Of a stretch of DNA of 64,000 nt, positions 56,246-64,000 are shown piece by piece; within the stretch, counting starts at the first letter, position 1, and each line of letters opens with the position of its first letter. The position numbers and the translations under genes are program-made. The stretch is taken from IMG/VR virus record IMGVR_UViG_3300032225_002310, positions 18,326-82,325 of that record; one strand, given 5' to 3'. The stretch comes from a virus (Duplodnaviria; Caudoviricetes). The notes under the pieces are model-generated. The model was given only the letters and a program-made list of their open reading frames with translations. It did not search any database and was not told the origin of the DNA.

Positions 56246-57400
56246 TTAGAACTGTCCGTTCATAAACAATCCATTATTTGTGTCTTGAGGTCCACCAACT
56301 TGAGTTTCGAATGTTAGGGTAACTGTTTTATTGCTACCGATATCAGAACTATATTCCTGACTTACTAATTTGGCGCCTCGAAGTGCAAATTTAGCCATAA
56401 CCAACCGACTATCTGTTGGACTCTTGATTGTTACTGATGGGTTATATCTCAAGCTATCATCATTAACCAAGTTAGCTAGGTTACCAGTTACCATATCAGT
56501 TACTTGAGCGTCAACGCTTAGATTTACTGTTAATGGGAAGTCAATTGGTCTTGAAAACGCGAATCTGTTACCTAGTCTTTCAATTGGAGTGCGAGCTAAA
56601 TCAAAGCTAAGATTGTAACTTTGAATATTCATTACTGTTGTATCTACTCCACCAACACCAGTTTGAGCTTGAATATCTAAAGTAATATCTCCTGGGCGAA
56701 GAGCGCTAATTGCATTTCCACTACCTATAGCAGTATTTTGAACTGCTGCTGGCAATGTATAAAAATTCCTTAGAGCTGTACCATCAATAGTATTAACTGC
56801 AGGAACAAAATTTCCACTTAAACCTCTTTGGAAGTTCATATTCAATCCTTCAACATTTATTGATGCTGTTGGGAAATTACCAACCGAACCTTCAGTTGAA
56901 TAAGAAGAAATAAATCCATTACCAATTCCAATAACTCCGTTATTTCCAGATGATACATCTGAAAAACCTACTGCATCATTACCTTCTGGTACAGTACGGA
57001 TAAAATAATTTCTTTCGTCTTGGGTAGCATTGAGGAATCCAGAAATAGCAGAAATATTAGAGTCTGAATTACCAGAAATTACTGTAAATCCTAAATCAGC
57101 TTCATTTGTAAGACCTGCTAATATATAACTAAAATCTAATGAAACTGTTGGACTAGTCAAAATTACGCGATCAATTGAAGCGAGTTGTCCAAATTGATTA
57201 ACATCTGTACGAGCAACGTTAAAACTGTAATTAGCAGTTTGAACTCTTTGTAATTGTTGTACTAGATTGGTTAAACCAGCTGTATTATCATTTGAACTTC
57301 CACCAATTCCAGGTGTGAATGTTCCAAAATGAAATCCAGTTGCTGGTGAGGGTCCAGCGTAAACAGCTTCTGATTGATAAATTATTCTATTTCTAGGCAT
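56246..57400 (-). CDS. Major tail tube protein (probable), internally duplicated fold
   Basis: Beta-rich, 384 aa, own promoter and terminator, between neck genes and tape measure; halves VQTANYSFNVARTDVNQFG / IQSYNLSFDLARTPIERLG. Confidence 0.7.
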   Translation of the reverse strand: MPRNRIIYQSEAVYAGPSPATGFHFGTFTPGIGGSSNDNTAGLTNLVQQLQRVQTANYSFNVARTDVNQFGQLASIDRVILTSPTVSLDFSYILAGLTNEADLGFTVISGNSDSNISAISGFLNATQDERNYFIRTVPEGNDAVGFSDVSSGNNGVIGIGNGFISSYSTEGSVGNFPTASINVEGLNMNFQRGLSGNFVPAVNTIDGTALRNFYTLPAAVQNTAIGSGNAISALRPGDITLDIQAQTGVGGVDTTVMNIQSYNLSFDLARTPIERLGNRFAFSRPIDFPLTVNLSVDAQVTDMVTGNLANLVNDDSLRYNPSVTIKSPTDSRLVMAKFALRGAKLVSQEYSSDIGSNKTVTLTFETQVGGPQDTNNGLFMNGQF

Positions 57401-57424
57401 ATTAGTTATTCTCCATTTATTGTT

Positions 57425-57431
57425 ATTACAC
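57425..57431 (-). promoter_or_regulatory. GTGTAAW motif
   Basis: GTGTAAT, 24 nt before ATG 57400; leader has GGAG. Confidence 0.65.
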
Positions 57432-57456
57432 CGATTTTTTTATTTTTTCTACTTTT

Positions 57457-58326
57457 TTATTGCCTTGGATATCTATTTTTTACTACCTCAAAATCAACAA
57501 AAGCAGAATATACATTTCTATTTAAGCTATTGGTAGCATTAAGTAGTCTTGTGTCAGTTTTAGTAACATTGACTTCATTAATATATAAATAATCATCAGT
57601 ATTGGCTTTTCCAGCTACATATTCAGTATAATTAAAACAATGGTCAGGAGTTTTAACTGAATTTAAAGAGTTAAATGGCATTTCATCTGGATATATTAAT
57701 GGTATTAATTCACGGGCGGTATCTCTCATTATACTTGTTACTGCGTCAAGATTAAATACGCTATCTGCCAATATAATTGCTCTTACATTTCCTACTGTTT
57801 GATCGTAGCCTCCAAAAGCTAATGGTTTATTTTTGCCACCTTGATATTTTAAATATATAACAGGATATGTTTCTGCTCCAATAGGTAATCCAGTTGGATT
57901 TTGATAAGTCTTAGGATTAGTTTGGTAAGATGTTTCAAATAATAAACTTTCTTCTGTTTTGCTAGTTAAATAAATATTAAAATCTTTTACAGCATAATTT
58001 CCGCTTAAAGCTGTGCTAGGATTTGAAACTGGAGATGTAAAATATAATTGACCATTAGATGAGTCTATTCCTGTTAAATTATTCTGTCCAGGAAGACTAA
58101 ATGCTCCATTAATATAAACTCCACTTATAATATTTGCGCCAGAAACAGAACAATCTATGATCATTTGTTTAAATGGAGCGCCATATGTATAATATCCATA
58201 ATACATATTTGGAAGAGGATAAAAAACACTGTGATAATTAGTATAAGCTTGTCCCTTGATTAAGATTTTATTATCTAACCAAAATAGCATGCTTGTCATT
58301 AAAGTATTATCAAATTGTGGTATCAT
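57457..58326 (-). CDS. Probable tail terminator/completion protein
   Basis: Position just upstream of the tube gene; YPVIYL..KPLAFGG. Confidence 0.5.
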   Translation of the reverse strand: MIPQFDNTLMTSMLFWLDNKILIKGQAYTNYHSVFYPLPNMYYGYYTYGAPFKQMIIDCSVSGANIISGVYINGAFSLPGQNNLTGIDSSNGQLYFTSPVSNPSTALSGNYAVKDFNIYLTSKTEESLLFETSYQTNPKTYQNPTGLPIGAETYPVIYLKYQGGKNKPLAFGGYDQTVGNVRAIILADSVFNLDAVTSIMRDTARELIPLIYPDEMPFNSLNSVKTPDHCFNYTEYVAGKANTDDYLYINEVNVTKTDTRLLNATNSLNRNVYSAFVDFEVVKNRYPRQ

Positions 58327-58327
58327 T

Positions 58328-58918
58328 TTATTTTAAATTTTTTATGAATTTAGTATATAGTTCTGTCATATATTTTACAGGTTTATAAGCAGCAACTCTA
58401 ACTTTATTTTTAGATTGAATTCCTCTACCAGACCTGCTAGTTGGAAAAACTAACCCATAAACATAATAACCAAATCCAGAAATGCCATCTTCTACTCCCT
58501 TAACCCAACTTCTACCACGTTCAAATGGAAGAGGTGTTTGAGATTTTATTTCATCTAAAGAAGGAGTAAACACATTAAATTTTAATTGAAAAGTTTTTCT
58601 ATCAAAAGTTGAATTCTTATTTAAAAATGTATTTTGTTTGATTAACGCAGTAAGATCATCAACTGGTTTGTCTTCGCTATCGAAGCCAATAAATGCAAAA
58701 AGATTTTCCTTTCCATTTAGAGTATTACTAATATTTTCTCCATCTGGACCACTATCTAGTTCTTTGGATACTGGATGATCTTGTATCTCATTTATATATT
58801 GATCTAGGTTTTCTTTTAAAATTTCTTGAGCAAAAATAACTGCTTCTTTTTTTAAAGCTGCTTCATATGAACTTGATATTTCTTCTTTAACTTGTTTAAA
58901 ATTAATTTTTGCAGCCAT
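58328..58918 (-). CDS. Probable neck/tail-completion protein
   Basis: Start moved to ATG 58918 (MAAKINF), just after the upstream stop; call rests on synteny. Confidence 0.5.
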   Translation of the reverse strand: MAAKINFKQVKEEISSSYEAALKKEAVIFAQEILKENLDQYINEIQDHPVSKELDSGPDGENISNTLNGKENLFAFIGFDSEDKPVDDLTALIKQNTFLNKNSTFDRKTFQLKFNVFTPSLDEIKSQTPLPFERGRSWVKGVEDGISGFGYYVYGLVFPTSRSGRGIQSKNKVRVAAYKPVKYMTELYTKFIKNLK

Positions 58919-58919
58919 A

Positions 58920-59360
58920 TTATTTTGTTTGCTCCAATCCAAATACGTAATACGTATTATTAAGATATTTTTTAATAGCATCCTCTGTAATAACATTCCA
59001 AGTTTTTCCATCAAATTCAATTTTAATTGTTTTGCCATTTGCAATATAATCTCTTGCATCTTGTCTAACTTTTAAAGTAACATCTCCTCTTGCAAAAACT
59101 AATTTTAAATCACTATTTACTGCATCTACATCTCTAGAATTATTATAATAAATTCTTCCACTATATGTAGCATTTACTGGTATATAAGTATAATTTACAG
59201 GATCTGAACTTGAACCATATCCATACATTGGAGCACTTTGAATTTGTTCTACTATTTTAATTGGCTCTTTATGTACAACAAATGGTCTACAAAAATATGT
59301 AAAAAAATCATCATAAGCTTGAGAAAAACTTGCTGCAGTTGTTGAGTCTATAAAGCTCAT
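58920..59360 (-). CDS. Probable head-tail adaptor/stopper
   Basis: 146 aa beta-rich, IEFDGKTWNV; synteny. Confidence 0.5.
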   Translation of the reverse strand: MSFIDSTTAASFSQAYDDFFTYFCRPFVVHKEPIKIVEQIQSAPMYGYGSSSDPVNYTYIPVNATYSGRIYYNNSRDVDAVNSDLKLVFARGDVTLKVRQDARDYIANGKTIKIEFDGKTWNVITEDAIKKYLNNTYYVFGLEQTK

Positions 59361-59362
59361 AA

Positions 59363-59872
59363 TTATGAAGCATTATATATTGTTCTAATATAGTATAATG
59401 CATCCCTTTCAACTCTGTAATCACCTGGAATTGTATCATCTCCTGCGACCTGCAATGGAGAAGTTGTATTTAGATTATATTTATATACTGAATCTTTGAG
59501 CTCTTTGTACTCTTGTTGTCTAATATTGTAGAAATTTTTAAGTACTTCATTTTTATTTAATTTTTGTACGCTACCAATATCATCTTTAATAGAAACATAA
59601 TCATTAATGGCCAAGCTTCCTGTGCTTTTAATTTTAACGTCAAAAAAGTAAATAGAATACATTTTTTTAAATATGTATTTTTCAGTATCTGTAAGATTTG
59701 GCGAGATTTCTAAAGTTGTACTGTCTATAGAAAAAGAAGCATTTAGCGAGTTATTTAAACCTCCAATATTTCGTCTTACCCATGCAGCTATAGCTGCTAT
59801 ACTAAAATCATCTGGTTCACCCATTTCTTCATAAATCTCTTGGGCAATAGAGGTTACGGTATTTATTATCAT
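59363..59872 (-). CDS. Probable head-tail connector
   Basis: 169-aa helical ORF at the head of the neck operon. Confidence 0.5.
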   Translation of the reverse strand: MIINTVTSIAQEIYEEMGEPDDFSIAAIAAWVRRNIGGLNNSLNASFSIDSTTLEISPNLTDTEKYIFKKMYSIYFFDVKIKSTGSLAINDYVSIKDDIGSVQKLNKNEVLKNFYNIRQQEYKELKDSVYKYNLNTTSPLQVAGDDTIPGDYRVERDALYYIRTIYNAS

Positions 59873-59879
59873 ACCCTAA

Positions 59880-59886
59880 ATTACAC
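59880..59886 (-). promoter_or_regulatory. GTGTAAW motif
   Basis: GTGTAAT, 7 nt before ATG 59872. Confidence 0.65.
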
Positions 59887-59902
59887 TTTAAATTATTTAA
59901 AT

Positions 59903-60214
59903 TTAAAGTAAATATGATAGGATTTCTTGCTTATCGAAAGCTGTATCTAGTTTATAATTACATTGATGAGGTATGCCAACAAATTCTTTTTCTAGTACAA
60001 TTCCGTCTATATTGTGAGTAAATATATTAGCACTATCTTTTGCTCTTATGTTTTTATGTATATTATAACCTAAATGGTCTGGATGAGTACCAATCCAGCA
60101 AACCGTAGAAGGAAGCATTAAGGCTGCACAAGCATGTTGAGCAAATGAATCTATAAATAGTCTTTTTTGACTCAACATTAAAAGAGCAGTAATGATTTGT
60201 TCGTCTTTGCTTAT
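59903..60214 (-). pseudogene. 5'-truncated GT9-like glycosyltransferase remnant
   Basis: Frame open from 60214 (ISKDEQIITALLMLSQKRLFIDSFAQHACAALMLPSTVCWIGT); only the C-terminal GT9-like motif is present and an in-frame TAG lies at 60217-60215. Confidence 0.6.
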
Positions 60215-61113
60215 CTATAGAAAAGGATTTTAATCATACCTTTTCCACCAGCACCACCAGCACCACCAAGCCCAACTGTAGTTGCGTTTCCACTAGCTCC
60301 TCCACCTCCACCACCTCCACCATTAGTCCCTCCAACACCACCCGCTCCGCCCACTCCTCCGCTGAGCCTTGTAGCTCCGCCCCCTCCACCTCCACCCCCA
60401 CCTTGAATATAAGGTTGAGTCGTTGACGTGGTATAGTTAGTTCCTGATGTACCAGCCACGCCATTTGTTGTACTTCTTCCATCTCCACCAGGAGCCATGC
60501 TGGATGTAGTTGGGAAACCACCATAACCACCATCTCCACCAGTTCTTGCATTAGTAGAATCCGTGTTCACACCACCACCACCCCCGCCAGAACCAGCATA
60601 TCCACTTCCTCCTCGCTGTGCTGTCTGACCACTAGAGCTTTGTCCTCCACCACTAGAGTTATTCCCTTGCCCTCCGAGCCCGTTAAAGACAGTTCCTCCC
60701 TCACCAGGAAGACCTCCTGTTGCTCTTAGCACAAGAGACCCTATTTGTACAATTGAATCTGCTCCTACGCTTCCATCTCCACCATATCCAGTAAGAGTTC
60801 CTGCGGTTGAGTCTCCCCCCGCTCCTCCAGCCACAGGATTTGGTATTGTGTAACCGATGTACTGACTACCAGAACCAAACTCAGCACAAGGGAAAAGCAA
60901 GTCTAGGTATTGTCCTGCCCCGCCGCCACCTCCACCATATTTACTAACAGTTATACTCGCTCTAGACATTCCACCCCCACCGCTACCACCTCCGCCAATC
61001 ATAAATATCCGCATAAAGCGAAATGCACTTATAACCTTAGTTGTGTTACCCGTAGTAGAACTCTCTATATAATCTGCGGGAACAAGTGAAAAACTAGGGA
61101 TATAAAGTGGCAT
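60211..61113 (-). CDS. Glycine-rich virion/fibre-associated protein
   Basis: IGGGGSGGGG..GGGGGAGQY..GGAGGAGGKGMIKI pattern; GC about 55% in one counted 60-mer; SD AGGAG. Confidence 0.75.
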   Translation of the reverse strand: MPLYIPSFSLVPADYIESSTTGNTTKVISAFRFMRIFMIGGGGSGGGGMSRASITVSKYGGGGGGAGQYLDLLFPCAEFGSGSQYIGYTIPNPVAGGAGGDSTAGTLTGYGGDGSVGADSIVQIGSLVLRATGGLPGEGGTVFNGLGGQGNNSSGGGQSSSGQTAQRGGSGYAGSGGGGGGVNTDSTNARTGGDGGYGGFPTTSSMAPGGDGRSTTNGVAGTSGTNYTTSTTQPYIQGGGGGGGGGATRLSGGVGGAGGVGGTNGGGGGGGGASGNATTVGLGGAGGAGGKGMIKILFYR

Positions 61114-61122
61114 CGTCTACTC

Positions 61123-61653
61123 CTAGTTAACTTCAGTTACCCTAGCGGTACCAGCAGTAGCAAATATTGCTGCATGAGGAACCGAAATTTGTCCAGCTGG
61201 CGCTTCCCAATAATCTCCAGGATTTAAACGAACTTGATATTGAGTCGTTGTACATCCTGTTCCAGCGGAAATATGTAAAGCTCCAGGGCCTTCATTGTAT
61301 ACTGTAAAAGTCTCTCTATCAGAATTACCAGAAGCAATAAGAGTAGATGAAGTACCATTAAAATTAGTAGATCTTACTATTCCTTGAACAGCAACATCAT
61401 AATATATTTGCAATTTATCATTATTAGACATTGAGGTTGTATTATAACCCAATAAAAATCCACTAGTTGAATTAACTGCTCCAGTAGCTGTTGAATCTGC
61501 GAAATTGTATATTATTTGTCCTTTGCTTACATTTGTAATCAATAATAGGTTTTCAAGAGATACTGGATTTTGAGGTCCATAAAGAGATGGTGGAAAATTA
61601 ACAATTCTGCTGCTTGCTAAAAATTGATATCCTGATGGTATTAGTTTTTTCAT
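61123..61653 (-). CDS. Putative structural protein
   Basis: LLLITNV..IIYNFAD motif typical of phage fibre/baseplate proteins; beta-rich C-half. Confidence 0.6.
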   Translation of the reverse strand: MKKLIPSGYQFLASSRIVNFPPSLYGPQNPVSLENLLLITNVSKGQIIYNFADSTATGAVNSTSGFLLGYNTTSMSNNDKLQIYYDVAVQGIVRSTNFNGTSSTLIASGNSDRETFTVYNEGPGALHISAGTGCTTTQYQVRLNPGDYWEAPAGQISVPHAAIFATAGTARVTEVN

Positions 61654-61667
61654 ATATATTTAAATAA

Positions 61668-61674
61668 ATTACAC
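61668..61674 (-). promoter_or_regulatory. GTGTAAW motif
   Basis: GTGTAAT, 14 nt before ATG 61653. Confidence 0.6.
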
Positions 61675-61683
61675 CTTTTTATA

Positions 61684-63891
61684 TTATAAGGCTATAGCAT
61701 ATGCAATTGCTAAACTTTTTGTAGTATAATTATTTAAATCTACTCCTGTTAATACTGCATTGCTAGAAATATAAAGTGTTCCGCCAGAGATATTGACGTT
61801 TCCATTTTTTAAATTTATATTTGTTCCAGAGAAATTAAATTCACTAATATTACTTAAATCTAAAGCGTTAAAAATACCTGTTCCTTGAATTTCAAGGTTG
61901 TTAGCAAAAGTTTTAGTTCCAAAGATAATTTGATTTCCAGTAGTAAATACAACTTGACCGCTTAAAGAATTTATCTTATTGTCTAAATTAGAACCTGTAG
62001 CAAATAGATTAGCAACTGTAGCATAAGCGTTTAAATCTACTCCTGTTATTAATTTATTTCCGCTAACAATTGGAAATACATCAAAAGTTTTAATTCCAGA
62101 AATAGTTTGATTACCTATACTATAAACTACTGGATCATATGAATTAATTAAATTTTTATTAACATTATTTCCAATTTTTGATTCTGTGCTTTGGCCAGCA
62201 GCATCTATACTAAAATAAAGATTTTTATAAAAAAGATAAGAATAATCTACTCCATTTATAGCATAACTATTAGCGTTTGCTGGAACAGAAATTGCTGAAC
62301 CAACTATTACTGCCGTAGAAAGTGCATCTTTTAAAAATATTCCAGTCGAAGGATTCGCTGTATTTGTTAGCACGCTATTTAATAAAGTTAATCTAGCAGC
62401 GTTTTCAACTTGAAAAGCTTTTGCGCCAGTTGTTTCTATTTGAGAGTTACTTATATTTAAACTACTATTATTTCTAACGTAAGCTAAAACACTTGCAGAA
62501 CTACTAGTCTCAGCAAAAGAAATCGAAGATGTTCCACTTACTATATCAATTGCTGTTGTATTTACTCCTTCTGGACTAAGTTTTAATATATCTCCTTGCA
62601 ATCTTGAAGTTGTATTTGTATTATTTGAATATAAACAAGTTCCATTATCTTTTGCTATTAACCAACAATCTTGAATAAACAATCTTTGAGGGTTATTTCC
62701 AGAAAATAATATACATTTATTATTTGAAGTGGCCGTTACTCCTAACCCAGCTATTGAAAAATTATTATCTGTTGCGGTTCCACCTGTGGCTGCAAAAACA
62801 AGTGAGCCAGTTATTCTAATTGGATCATTTTTATTTGTATTATTTCCTACTAAATTAATATATCCTTTATTTATAGTTAAATTTTCAGCTATTGGGCTAA
62901 GAAGCGTTATATAAGTTGGATTGTGAAAATATGCAACATTTTTTGCTGCATTGTAAGCGCCACTTAAAGTTTTATATGGATATAAAATATTTCCATTTTC
63001 AATATATGAATCTGTTCTAGTGGCATCAACATAGAAATATGAATTGGTTTGAACATATGGAATATCTCCACTTAATAAAACTCCAGTACCATTTACTGTA
63101 GGACGATTTGTTAAACTAACATTTCCATTTACTATTGAAACATCTACTCCAGAAATAGAAAGAATATCAACATTATTTAAATCAATTGCATTAAAAACTC
63201 CAGTTCCAGAAACACCAATATTGTTTAAGAAATTTTTATTGCCATAAATAGTTTGATCACCAAATGTTAAAATCGAAACTCCACTTAAACTATTTATCTT
63301 ATTGTTTAAATTAGAACCTGTAGAAAACAAATTAGCAACTGTAGCGTAAGAGGTTAAATCTACTCCTGTTATTAATTTATTACCACTAACAATTGGAAAT
63401 ACATCAAAAGTTTTAATTCCACTTATTACTTGATCGCCAGTTGTATAAACTACATTTGATATAGTTTGAGATGTAGGAATTACTCCAGTTAATACTGGAT
63501 TTCCACTTATGTATATTTGATTATATACATTAACAGAAGAATTTCCAGATATAACTACATCAATACCAGACAGAAGTAATTTATCAATATTTGAAACTTT
63601 AACTGAGCTAAATATACCAGTACCAGAAATGGCTACATTATTAACAAAAGTTTTATTTCCAGAAATAATTTGATCACCAGTAGTATAAACAATTGTACTT
63701 GGTAGAGTTATTGCTGAAGCTTCGCCAATTAATAAAACCCCTGTTCCATTTACAGTAGGTCTAGACCCAAAATTCTTAACTCCGCTAATATTTTGGTCAC
63801 CAGTATTATAAACTAAATTAGGCGCAATAACCTCATAAGCGAATTTTCCACTATTGCTTACTAATGTTTTAGCTTTAAAAATCTGTGCCAT
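61684..63891 (-). CDS. Repeat-built tail fibre-like protein with a central beta-helix-like domain
   Basis: Six G(D/N)Q.I.G.K.F units; two RPTVNGTGVLL; YVDA..G..YPYKTL..AY domain start; C-terminal LAIAYAIAL. Confidence 0.75.
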   Translation of the reverse strand: MAQIFKAKTLVSNSGKFAYEVIAPNLVYNTGDQNISGVKNFGSRPTVNGTGVLLIGEASAITLPSTIVYTTGDQIISGNKTFVNNVAISGTGIFSSVKVSNIDKLLLSGIDVVISGNSSVNVYNQIYISGNPVLTGVIPTSQTISNVVYTTGDQVISGIKTFDVFPIVSGNKLITGVDLTSYATVANLFSTGSNLNNKINSLSGVSILTFGDQTIYGNKNFLNNIGVSGTGVFNAIDLNNVDILSISGVDVSIVNGNVSLTNRPTVNGTGVLLSGDIPYVQTNSYFYVDATRTDSYIENGNILYPYKTLSGAYNAAKNVAYFHNPTYITLLSPIAENLTINKGYINLVGNNTNKNDPIRITGSLVFAATGGTATDNNFSIAGLGVTATSNNKCILFSGNNPQRLFIQDCWLIAKDNGTCLYSNNTNTTSRLQGDILKLSPEGVNTTAIDIVSGTSSISFAETSSSASVLAYVRNNSSLNISNSQIETTGAKAFQVENAARLTLLNSVLTNTANPSTGIFLKDALSTAVIVGSAISVPANANSYAINGVDYSYLFYKNLYFSIDAAGQSTESKIGNNVNKNLINSYDPVVYSIGNQTISGIKTFDVFPIVSGNKLITGVDLNAYATVANLFATGSNLDNKINSLSGQVVFTTGNQIIFGTKTFANNLEIQGTGIFNALDLSNISEFNFSGTNINLKNGNVNISGGTLYISSNAVLTGVDLNNYTTKSLAIAYAIAL
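61958..63420 (-). repeat. 140-bp imperfect direct repeat pair
   Basis: 61958-62097 and 63281-63420 (offset 1323 nt, in frame), both coding GIKTFDVFPIVSGNKLITGVDL..YATVANLF.TGSNL.NKINSLSG. Confidence 0.95.
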
Positions 63892-63910
63892 TTTTCTTTT
63901 TATTCCTTTT

Positions 63911-63950
63911 GTTGGTTTTTAGGCCAAACTGTCGCTTTTTAAGGCGAACT
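63911..63950 (-). promoter_or_regulatory. Tandem 20-nt hairpin repeat with compensatory changes in a 5' leader
   Basis: + strand gttggtttttaggccaaact then gtcgctttttaaggcgaact; four of the five differences are paired stem swaps. Confidence 0.7.
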
Positions 63951-63990
63951 AAAGAGTAAAAGAATTATTAATTCTATTATTCTAGTGAAT

Positions 63991-63997
63991 ATTACAC
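63991..63997 (-). promoter_or_regulatory. GTGTAAW motif inside inverted repeat CTAGTG-N7-CACTAG
   Basis: GTGTAAT, 99 nt before ATG 63891; inverted repeat spans 63982-64000. Confidence 0.55.
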
Positions 63998-64000
63998 TAG

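Noticed and set aside
58919-59059. Track start at 59059 for the 58328 ORF
   Set aside because: It would overlap 58920..59360 by 140 nt; ATG 58918 directly follows that gene's stop and is the more plausible start.
60234-60551. 105-aa alternative-frame ORF (MQELVEMVVMVV...)
   Set aside because: Off-frame shadow of the GGT/GGA-rich Gly gene (GGT GGA read as VVE/VEV).
2225-62914. Other short antisense or nested ORFs in the track (e.g. 2225, 3199, 5304, 9337, 11822, 23106, 27032, 37922, 47472, 54480, 62729)
   Set aside because: They lie wholly within well-supported genes on the other strand or frame, show shadow-type composition and lack start signals.
1-64000. Stop-codon recoding or a eukaryotic giant-virus origin
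   Set aside because: Conserved genes are full length under code 11 and end in TAA, TGA or TAG. DnaE, DnaB, tmRNA, sigma70 promoters and lambda-like tail genes indicate a bacteriophage despite the eukaryote-like GT families.

Overview
AT-rich 64-kb segment of a large tailed dsDNA phage with a lambda-like non-contractile tail tip (siphovirus morphology inferred). No rRNA, tRNA, CRISPR array or integrase was seen. Left to right: (i) two paralogous Cys-rich ORFs flanking an unannotated ~300-nt structured ncRNA candidate, then a tmRNA and an HNH endonuclease (1-2.5 kb); (ii) a tightly coupled glycosylation/nucleotide-sugar locus of about 20 genes (4-22.7 kb); (iii) a replication/recombination block with RecA, DnaB, ThyX, primase, a Cas4-like nuclease, a DnaE split from its PHP domain, a DEDDh exonuclease, and Whirly-like and SSAP-like proteins (23-37.6 kb); (iv) tail genes: gpM/L/K/I/J-like tip genes on +, converging on a 2255-aa tape measure protein, tail tube, neck genes and fibre-like genes on - (38-64 kb). 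Two promoter classes are visible: consensus sigma70 promoters ahead of RNA and replication genes, and a GTGTAAW motif ahead of mostly structural genes. Best candidates for undescribed biology are the pseudoknotted ncRNA with RNase P-like topology but no RNase P signature, the tape measure protein carrying nuclease-like and ART-like cassettes between GFIPNF repeats, the GTGTAAW promoter system, and a covarying tandem hairpin in a fibre-gene leader. All family calls come from motifs read by eye, not from database searches.
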